Source of the DNA: Octopus bimaculoides
Taxonomy: Eukaryota
DNA: 42,365 bases
Direction of reading: 5' to 3'
NCBI RefSeq assembly: GCF_001194135.2
Contig: NC_069007.1
Coordinates: forward strand, 21,737,238 to 21,779,602
In this document: piece by piece, positions 24,170 to 34,735 of the stretch
Layout: each line of letters starts with the position of its first letter
Numbering within the stretch: the first letter of the stretch is position 1
The notes under the pieces: generated by a model
Told to the model about the DNA's origin: nothing
Seen by the model: the letters and a program-made list of their open reading frames with translations, nothing else
Database searches by the model: none
Made by a program: the position numbers and the translations under genes

Positions 24170-24375
24170 ACTCTAGGCACAAGGCCAAGAATTTTTGGGG
24201 AGGAGGCCAGTCGATTAGATCGACCCCAGAATGCAACTGGTGCTTAATTTATCAACCCTGAAAGGATGAAAGGCAAAGTCGACCTTGGTAGAATTTGAAC
24301 TCAGTACGTGAAGGCAGACGAAATACCACTAAGCATTTCACCCGGTGTGCTAACAATTCTGCCAGCGCGTGGCCT
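24170..24375 (-). mobile_element. SINE family B copy
   Basis: gtcgattagatcgacccc...aaaggatgaaaggcaaagtcgacc...gaatttgaactca. Confidence 0.9.
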
Positions 24376-24394
24376 CACTTGTTACATATTGTTT

Positions 24395-24865
24395 GTTGTA
24401 ATGTCACAATGTGTTACATATACCATGGCATTGCAAAGTTACTATGTACTGTGACATCACAACGTTATATGTACTGGATTGTGATATTGCAATGTCACAA
24501 TGTACTGTGAGCGTAACATTATTATGTTACATGTACTGCGATATTGCAATGTTACAATATGTACTGTGACATCTCAAATGTTACAACATTTACTGCACTG
24601 CACTGTGACTGTGACATCACTATGTTACAGTATGTAGTGTTATCAGTGTTACGATGTACAGTGATTGTATCATCACACTGTCACATATGCTGGTACTATG
24701 ATTTTTACATTGCTATGTGTCTCAGCCTGTATGCTACCGTCACAATGATGCAGGTCGTACTGTGACATCGGGTGTTACAGCAGGCAGTGTGACATCGCAG
24801 TATGTTATAGGTGTGTACTGTGATGTCACAATGTATTACAGAGTGTGTACTTTGATGTCACACTT
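24395..24865. repeat. Degenerate tandem array of tgtactGTGACATCAcaatgttac-like units
   Basis: At least 5 TGTGACATC and 2 TGATGTCAC cores, interspersed with TGTACTG and ATGTTAC. Confidence 0.8.
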
Positions 24866-25060
24866 TGATGAAAGTTTACATTTAATATTTGAAAGATTTA
24901 AGTTGTATTACATCACCTTTTCGTGAAAGAGAAGAAATGGATACGTTTACTTTTTCTGAAGACTTATATCCTAATAAAGCTTGGCTCTATCTATAACTAA
25001 CAGCAGTTAACAATGGAAATAAACCCACAGAGCAACTTATTATTTATATTAATTTCTTAA

Positions 25061-25275
25061 CCCTTTAGCATTTAAATCAGTCCTATCCAACCCAAATATT
25101 CCACCAGTTTTAGGTTTAAACTGTTGAAATCAAGCATTCTAAACCTGCAATACAATATCATTCTGAGAAAACACAATCACATCACTGAAATAACGAAGCT
25201 ATGAGATAATGCATGATTAGTCCAAAACAATGTGAATAAATAAGCATTTGACAGAGTAATCTGAAGGCTAAAGGG
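25061..25275. mobile_element. piggyBac-type MITE (215 bp) followed by a partial second copy to about 25446
   Basis: TTAA-CCCTTTAGC ... GCTAAAGGG-TTAA. Family fragments also at about 1590-1675 and 26140-26226. Confidence 0.8.
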
Positions 25276-25533
25276 TTAAACTGGCCAGATCTGGCCTCTC
25301 ATACCTATCCTACAATGTCATTCTAAAAATAAACAATCATGTCATTGAAATCTTGAAGCTATGATAATGCATGATTAATTCCAAACAATTGTGAATGAAT
25401 ACGGATAGCATTCGACAGAGGAATCTGATTAATGAAAGGGTTTTAAACTGAGATTCAATGTTAGAAGAAAGCAAAGTGATAACTTTACCAGGAGACTGTA
25501 ACGGGTAAAATGTTAACGAATGACGAAGTTTGG

Positions 25534-25538
25534 TCATT
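25534..25538 (-). CDS. Candidate stop-containing exon start (A|AA TGA, protein ends ...FMKK*)
   Basis: Very long pyrimidine tract ending ctccag before 25538; phase 1 from exon 12 gives Lys then stop. Confidence 0.45.
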
Positions 25539-26245
25539 CTGGAGATTGAAGAAGAGAAAAAAAAGAAAAAAAAAAGAAAACAAAGAACCTCATAAACCGT
25601 ATAGTTTTTAAAATTTCAGAAAATGTAACTGATATTTGCAATGAGGAGCAGAAAAACAGAGACAGCAACATCTCCGGAAACCACGAACAACATCAGCATT
25701 CCATTGCAATGTTAAGAGAAAGTGTGTAACTTCTTGTCTTAACTATAAATGAATTATTGAATTAATTGTTTAGTGTACAGAGAGAAGAAATACAAATAAT
25801 AGAGTCTGTGGGATGCTGTATATCTTCACAAAGACTCCATTTGTATAAAAAAGGAAGACCGAGTTTTATCATCTAACAAGCAATCAATTAGCTAGAGTAA
25901 CTGAACCGGATGCTATGGTGTTAAGATTTTGCTTCTAGAAAAGTAAATCCATATTTGGAATATTTGGTGAAATCTGCATTTCTTCCTCAGTTGGCTGAAC
26001 GGCATTCACCTCATTTATCACCTGTCTACAATTGGCAACATCCATTTCATGTTTTTTGTCGCTCAATTCTGAAATTTAATAAAGATGACAAAATAAAAAA
26101 ATTAGTTATTTCATTTCCATTTTTTGGTTCATTCATTAGTTACAAGATAACGCGTGTTTACTTCAAAAACAATGTAAATACATAAGCATTAAATTTCACA
26201 GAGTAATCTGAAAGCTAAAGGATTAAGATTATGTAAGATTAAGTA

Positions 26246-29200
26246 TTACAATATCCAGAAGTTCAAATACTTACTCTTCATGAATACAAAAATGTCATTC
26301 ACAGAACACCTCTCTGAAGGGTCTCCAGTCAATAAGCTGCTTATTAAGGAAGCCAAACTCCCCCATGCATCAACCAAGCTCTTCATTATATCCGGATAAC
26401 GAGAATACTTCAAAGTAAAAAGAAATAAGAGTCTCATTACAATAACAGCATACATATATATATATACATAAATTTAATAATAAGGGTAGAAATTGATATT
26501 AATCAATTAAAACCAGTGGTCTAGCATATTAAAAAAAATCCGAAGATTAAAATTATATTACATACAAAATTAAGAGGAATGACCAGCAAAAGTGGACCCC
26601 TTTTACAGTCTGGTGTCTTGCTGAAATTTTTTTCTTGAGAACATATTCTTCATGGTTAGGTGATTCGGCATCTATTTCTAGCATATAGGAGTCCACNNNN
26701 NNNNNNAATTGCAGCCAATTTGATGCTTTACCATTAATTCAGTTTTAGCTAGATCTTAATTCAATTTTTTTTTTTTTGCACTATGATGAACCAGTGGTAA
26801 ACTATTTGGTTGGTGCATAATTATTGTGGCTTTTTTTCAATAAATTTTATTCAACAAAAAAATTTAAACAAAACGCCAAGCAGAAATTGAAGTAGATGGT
26901 GAATATGCTCCAGAATAATCATTTAAAGATGTTTACGTTAAATGTTGTTATTGTTTTTGTTGAATAAAATTTATTGAAAAAAAAGCTGCAATAATTATGC
27001 ACCAACCTAATACATTTTGACATAAAATAATTGAAATTTGATTTGGTATATATATATGTGTATACATATATATATATTATTTACTAAACACAATATATGT
27101 TTTTATGAGCTACTATCAATTTCATACGATGACAGATAGCATTTTTAACACAGCCAGTGCTTCAGCACAATCCTCAGGCTGCACTCATGCATGCATGCAT
27201 GCATGTATGTATTAAGAATTCAGTAGAAGTTACAAAGTGACTCAAAGACTGAAATTTTCATGCATTGGCATATATCAAATGTGTTCACACACACACGCAC
27301 ATACATGCAGACACATGTATGTATATCCACATGTGTGTCTGTAAGTTTCCTTCCTTTTGTAAAAGAGTTAGTCGAACTTAAGGAAAACTTGACTGCTATT
27401 TTGACCAAATCAAGTAAGCGTATACAAGTTCCCTGGGTGACAGTCACAATTAGAAAAGGTGATGTTCCAGTGTGATGCATTTGCAAGAAACAATAAGCAG
27501 AACATTTGATAGAAATTTCTATGGAGAAGCAGAGGGAGCAGAGACGACAGGAGGATGGGAAGAGGAAAAATTGACTGGTGTGTGCAATTACAATGGGGTA
27601 GATGCTATGAGTTCAAACCACCCATTCTCCTACCCTGCACCAAAAAAGAAAAAAAAAGAAGAAAAAAATTAGAAGGAACAATACCATTTTTGGTATGCCG
27701 TACTTGACTTGTTTCAACAACAACTTCCATGGGTCATTGTGCCACTTAATGAACAGACAAACCAAACCAACAGAGAAAAGGTCACACTTCTCTGTCACTG
27801 AACATGTATGATAGTTCTTACAGAAATCCTGAGTCATGTCCAAAACTGCAAAACACAAATATGGATACATACAGGGTAACAACCACAAAGGATCTTGGGA
27901 ATATTTTTATAATTAATAATAACCTCACTGCCTATACAATTATACACACGCACACACATATATATACATACCATATTTTAATGTGTTAAAATATGAGATT
28001 TGTTGGTTGAAATACCAAAACTTAGCTTGACTGGAAACTGAAGTGTCTTAGATTCAAATGGAACATCTGTAGGTATGAGAGGAATTTTGGGAATAAAGAC
28101 ATTTTCTTTTTTGTGACTACCTGTTATGATTGTTGCCTGTAGGACAAGGGGATTCACGGAAGTAACAGTTAAGTGAGTTCCATTACACAGGTGAGATGGG
28201 TCAAAATTCCTAAGCAATATATAATGAGAGCACCCAGTTTTAGTGTGAAGTTATGCGGTGGCATCCCAGTGGGTTTAAGAGTGTTCAGAAATTCAACAGG
28301 GTATTGAACAGATATGCATGTGTGGATGTGTGTTTTAATCCAAATGTAAATGAAAATTATCACACATACACTCACACATGCAGTCACATACATATACTAA
28401 GACAGATACATACAGACATACATTCACACATGTCAGTCATTACATGTATATGCATGTCTAGATGTGTGTGTGTATTTAATAACGTACCTAATGCAGAAAC
28501 ACACACACACTCATATACAAAATATGACGTCATGGTGATGGTATAAAATGTCCTATAGAAAGATTATTTGAGATAAAATGTTATATTGTTTTAATGCAAA
28601 TGAAAAAACATTAGATGTTGGCACTCGTGAATTGTAATACTATTGACTTGTAAAATTTGATTTAGTTTGGTCGAGTTGTTTGAGAATGCATAGCGAACAG
28701 ACAGACAGACAAAGAATTTTATAAATACAGAGATAGATACACCAACCTTCTTGGTATTTTCCAGAATTTCTGTCACAATGTAACAGGAATTTCTTGCAAC
28801 AATCATAGTGGATTTCAGGAGCTGCATACATTAGTGTAACACCTTCACTGAAAAATTCGCTGTTGGCATCCTTTGATGCCCCGAAATCAGTCAGTTTTAG
28901 TTTGATGCAGTTTTGAAAAGCATAGACACAAACATTCTGGGCTGTAGAATGAAAATGGATAAAATACGTATGAGACAAAAGCGGAACAGACAGAAACAAA
29001 AATAGTCAAAGGCACCCAGTCCACACTGTAGGGTAGCTGGCATTTGGAAGAACATCCAGCTGTAAAAAAAAAACCATGCCAAAACAGACACTGAAGTCTG
29101 GTGCAGGCTACTGCCTGGTCAGCTCCTGTCATATACACACACCACACACACACACACAATCACCACCACCACCACCACCACCATCACCACTACTTACACA

Positions 29201-32200
29201 TGAGCAACAGACTTACTAGATTTTTTTAGGGTCACCCCAAATGTTAGGGCCCCACCTATCATCAACAATCTTGCCTGGTGAAGGTACATTCTTAATATAG
29301 CTAGAACTATTTCTCAAAGACTGGCCCTTCTCATCAGGACCTGAAAATACTTCAGTTCCAACCCTACACCAAGCTTCAACAATTCCTGACAAATGGGGCC
29401 CAGAATGCAGGTTTGCTCCCACACACAAAGACATCATAATCCACATCCAGAAAAAAGCCATTTGATTGATATTCCAGCCTCTTGTTACCCACAACTGTAT
29501 TGTCTCTGCTCTCTCAGCTCTAATAATGGCCTCTGCTTCTCAGAACTTGCTGGTGTCATACCACCTCCCAACCCATTCATCTGTTCTCTTCACAACATGT
29601 GTGTTGTGTCCAAACTTCTAAGCCCCACACTGACTACTATTCTCATTACTTCTTCCCCCCAATATAATCCCACTGGAATCTTTTTGCAGCTCACATCCTT
29701 TCACCAGGTCTTGCTTTGCAACAGTTTAAGTGGTACATTGACAGCATCAATCTTGCCAGTTTTGGATGCCAATGAAGTTAGTGATGGACAGAGGTACTAA
29801 AAGAAAAATCACAACAAAAAACATCACACACATGCACATAACCAAAAGACATGGAGACTCACGTTTGATATCAAGGTGAAAGATATTCTGATGATTACAG
29901 TGGTAAATTGCTTCAGCAATCTGAGTTATGAAACTGTCCAGCTGTTCATCGATGATCAAATTCCATTCCATTTGCATAGCAGAATGCAGATCTAAACCTG
30001 TAGAGAAACAACATCAATCAACATACATTTAATATTCTTTACTTGCAGGAGCCGTGAATATTTTAAAGAATTAATGGTAAACCTATTGGGTTATTTCTGA
30101 AAACTTTATCCCTGAATGCGTGGCCTGTGTTGTGTCTATATCAAAAGACAGTTGCTCAGCTGCTAATCATTGAAAAGTGAAGGAAATTGGTACATGCTCT
30201 TCACCTTTCCATATATTGTGACTTAAATGAGGCCAGATGAAATTGTTGTCTATGACTATATGTAAAATGGTGTGAGAACTCTCGGTTGGGATGTCCCAAA
30301 TTTTCATAGGAATTAGAAGCAGCCTGAGAGATAAATAACATCAGATACACACACACACACATACAGAAACAAACAAACAGAACTCAACCAGAGCTCAGTT
30401 TTGCTGAAGTGGAAGAATCTTCTTGAAAACTAAGAACGGTATGTCACCAGTCATCCTCATCTTTTGCCATCACCTCCAGGAAGTTCAAGATACTTAGATC
30501 AGTTCTCATCCTTTCATCCCATATCTTCCTGGATTTCCCTCTTCCACAAGCTTCAGTCTGTCCTTTTCCTTAATGGTAAGTCAACTTTGTATGTATTTTT
30601 TGTGTGCTATATCCCTTTACACCAAGGGAGACTCAGCCATATGATAATTAAAAAGAGATGAATTATAATGTACTGAGGTCAATATAGCCAGCTAAAAACC
30701 CTTTCAGATATTGGACCCATTATGGTTCCACACTAACGACTGACAACAGTGAAATAATTAAACAACAAAACCAAATTTCAACTTACCACAATATTCTAGG
30801 AGAATCTCATAGCGGTCACTTTTGACACAGAACCCCAAAATTTTGGAAATGTTATGGCAGTTCAGCCGACATAGGTGTTCTACCTCTCTTGCTCTGAATT
30901 TGCTCACTTTTATCTGGTAAAAAAATGAGAGGGAAATGATAAAAATTAATGGGGCAAAAAACAAGAGGTTTGGTTAAGGCAGGGAAAAATTATTCTCATT
31001 GAATTTAATGTCTACTTTTCCATACTTGTATAAGTCAGATGAACTTTGTTGAGGCAGATTTTCTAAAGCCATTTGAGCGTGGCTGTTGCCAGTACCGCTG
31101 GATTGGCACATGTGCCGGTGGCATGTAAAAAGCACTCACTACACTCTCGGAGTGGTTGGCATTAGGAAGGGCATCCAGCTGTAGAAATTCTGCCAGATCA
31201 GATTGGAGCCTGGTGTAGCCATCTGGTTTGCCAGTCCCCAATCAAATCGTCCAACCCATGCTAGCATGGAAAACGGACGTTAAACGATGATGATGATGAT
31301 ATATACCAGAGTAAGCACATAAATGCGAAACAAGGTGGAATAGTACTTGAATACCAGAGGTAGAGTAATATGCTTTTTAATAAAGTCTGTATATATATAC
31401 ATATATATATATTAATACACACACATACACAATGGGCCTCTTAAAATTCAAAATTTCTGTCAATGAAATTCCACACACATACCACTGTTTGGTCAAGCTG
31501 CCATAGTGTAAGACACCAGCTGACAATGACCATCCAATGGGAACAAACTCTCAAAGGAAAAATGAAATTTTCATTTAAAACAACAATAATGAAAATGGAA
31601 AAAGGGAGGTAAATCAGAATTACTTCTTTCCTGACAAAGTTTCGAGCACTTCGGATGTCAAGGCACAAATCAACGGATGTAGCAAATCCTCCGGGAGTGA
31701 AACTTCCTTGGGGCAAATAACCATCGTCAAGACATAGCTGTGGAAGAATAAGAACAGATAAAAAAGGGTCAGCTGGGTCTGTTGAGTGAGAATAGGATAG
31801 TTAGTGAGGGAGTCAGGTAATCAGGATGAGAGTAGCTTAACATATATTAAGGTCCAATATGGAGAAGCTGCTTTGGAAAACCTTTGAAATTTTTATTAAT
31901 TTCAAAAAAAGGTGCAAAACTTCTTACCACACAGCCATGCCTGCACCTAACTGTACAAGAAATTGTTAAAATATTTCGTGTATTGTAGAAATACAACCAT
32001 TTTATTGAAGATAAACTTCTAACAACGAAATCTTATATGGACCCTCAAAGGTCACATGGACCTCAGTTGATAGCCATTGCTTTATAGCTTTAGATAAAGT
32101 CTCTCAAGAGCCAAGGTTCAAAAAACAAAAAAAGAGAAAAAAAGAGAAAGAAAAAGATTTATTTTAAGTCCATTTGTAAGTTTTAAAAAATCCTTTTAAT

Positions 32201-33587
32201 GTCATCAACTCTATAAATTTAACAGAAATGTATTGCCTTTAGTCTTACCTCATCCTTGAGGACGACAGCCGTATCTGGATATTGCATTCTATGTTCAAGC
32301 AATTTCAAAATGTCTTCATTATTGCCATGTAAGAGATTTCTTAAAAGAGAACAAAACACAAATCAATACTTTATGCTCCCACTAATTCCTGCCACTCTAC
32401 TTACACATTGACATACCTCTACACACACATCACTTCTTCCCTTACGCCCATCTCATAACACCGATACATTCTTATGCACGCATGTACACCTCTGCTCTTT
32501 TCTTCCTTCTAAATTTGACCCCACAGAAACGCATTCCCTTTTAGCTTCACAAAGCCAATTTCTTACCACCCTGCAAACCTCATCTTCAACCAATCCTTGG
32601 TTTCTGTTGCAGATATTTGGGAGTATTTTGATGAACGTTGGATTTCTTTGTGGGAAACATTTGAGAAGGCTTTGGTGAGTTCTAACCATACTGCTGAGAG
32701 AATCTTGTTCCTCCTCCTCTTTGTGTCTCTTAAATGAAAGTCAGAAAAGGTCTATGGAAAGAAAATAACAACAAAAAGGCATATATTTACTTGTATGTGT
32801 GGCGTCCGTCCGGAATATTTCTTCTCACATCACCCAAATTCACAATGTTCCTGTCCGAAGTATCTAAACACAACAACAACAGAAATAATAATAATAATAA
32901 TAATAATAAGGATGGTAATAATAATAATAATAAGATGAAGAAGAATAATAATGGTGGTGGTGGTTTCAAATTTTGCCAGAAGGGCAGCAATTTTGTGGGA
33001 GGGGATGAAAGGTAAAGTCAACCGTGGCAGAATCTGAACTCAGAACATAGTGGCAGATGAAATACCACTAGGCATTTCGCCCCATGGGCTGACGATTCTA
33101 CCAGTTCACTGCCTTGAAGAGGACGAAGGAGGAGGAGGAGGAGAATAATAATAATGATAATAATATTAATAATCATCATTTCTCCTATAGGCACAGGGCC
33201 TGGAATTTTTTTTGGTGGAGAGACTAGTCAATTACATCGACCCCAGTGTTTCACTGGTACTTGATTTGTCAACCCTGAAAGGATGAAAGGCAAAGTCGAC
33301 CTCGACGGAATTTGAACTCAGAACGTAAGGACAGATGAAATGCCACTATGCTCATGATTCTGCCAACAACAATAAAGATAATAATTCTTTCGACTGCAGG
33401 CAGAAGGCCTGAAATTTTGTGGGTGAGTGGATAGTTGTGGATACTGACCACAGTATATAACTAGTATTTATTTCATCAACATCCCAAAAGGATGAAAGGC
33501 AGAGTTGTCCTTGTTGATATTTGAACTTGGGACATAAGGAATAAAAATCAAGTTTCATTAAGCATCCAGAGAAGAAAAAAAGAAATG

Positions 33588-33625
<38 letters not shown>

Positions 33626-34702
33626 CGTTTCATTTTGTTTCATCTCTAGTAGTCATCAGGGAGTCACACCCCTGGATTAGCAGCTCTGGAATTTGAACTC
33701 ACTACATTTCAATCAATGAGCAGTCTGATTGCTGATCATTATCAGTCATTTTATTCTTGGATGTGTACATAACTGTTGACTGGATTTGAACTCATAACCT
33801 TTATTAATAAAATGACAGACAAGCAAACCCAGAACAGCCAATTGGGGGAAAAACTTCCCAAGAGAAGATCAAAACCAACTTACCAATAGCCGGTGCTACA
33901 TTTACTTCTTCTTCATTTTTTACATCTGAAAACCAAAAAAAATTGTCAATATATTTATATTTAAAATACTTTATAAATAAATTTTTATAAATATCACAAA
34001 TGGTGCCTAGAAGGAATTTGAACTTGGTGCATTTTAGTAAATCAGTAGTTTGATTGCCAATTATTATCAGGTAGCTGATTCCTGAATGTGTATGTAGCTG
34101 TTGACTGGATTTGAACTTATAACCTTTATTTATTAAGATGACAGTCAAACCCAGAACAACTAACCAGAACAAAACTTCCCAGAAGAATATCAAGAATACT
34201 TTACCTGTAGCTAGTACTTTGTAGATATCTTCGAGATCTAAAAAAAAAAGAAGAAAAATGGTTATTATGTTTATGTTTATAATACTTTATAAATATAAAA
34301 AAAAAAAAATTAATAATAGATGCAGCTTCGTTAACCACCAATTCTTTCATCATTGATCCAGAATAACATGGTACACCCAATTGCAAACGTTGTTATGCTT
34401 ATCACAGACTGACCTGTGATAGCAAGAGTCAGCAATCAGTCAAAGATTCTGTTTGGATTGCAAAATCTTGCTCCTGAAACCAACCACATTTCTTTGCCAT
34501 CCAGAATCCACTGACTTTCGCATATTTCTAGGCCAGCATGTCTGGACTGGGGGGCTAAGTCAATTAAATTGACTCCAGTATTCAGCTGGTACCTGTTCTA
34601 TCAACGCCAAATGGAGGAAAGGCAAAGTTAACCTCGGCAGAATTTGAACTCAGAACATAAAGACAGATGAAATACTGCTAACCATTCTGCCAGTTTGCTG
34701 CT

Positions 34703-34735
<33 letters not shown>

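Larger units (their letters stand above)
33688..34296. repeat. 325-bp tandem duplication carrying micro-exons 2 and 3
   Basis: ggaatttgaact at 33688 and 34013; ctgttgactggatttgaact at 33773 and 34098; atactttataaata at 33966 and 34282. Confidence 0.88.

Noticed and set aside
15530-24865. CRISPR-like interpretation of the repeat arrays (15530-16113, 22965-23250, 24395-24865)
   Set aside because: The context is eukaryotic, the repeats are degenerate, the spacers are related to one another and there are no cas genes.
27635-27684. A 50-nt intron using the tgcag acceptor at 27635
   Set aside because: All three frames stop within 10 codons, whereas the acceptor at 26407 continues the kinase fold in phase.
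27978-28393. Host PIF1 helicase gene
   Set aside because: It is intronless, frameshifted, truncated and intronic, and the motif string is the Helitron type.
29309-29338. Minus-strand CTGATGA-GAAGG...TCTT-TGAGAAA in kinase intron 9
   Set aside because: GAAA is out of register with stem II and there is no convincing stem III or I. It may be a very old PLE tail, but this is unsupported.
32453-32689. ORF MVRTHQSLLKCFPQ... as the true exon 5 frame
   Set aside because: Its good donors are phase 0 and hit a stop in exon 6, which needs phase 2. It is kept only as an unresolved alternative.
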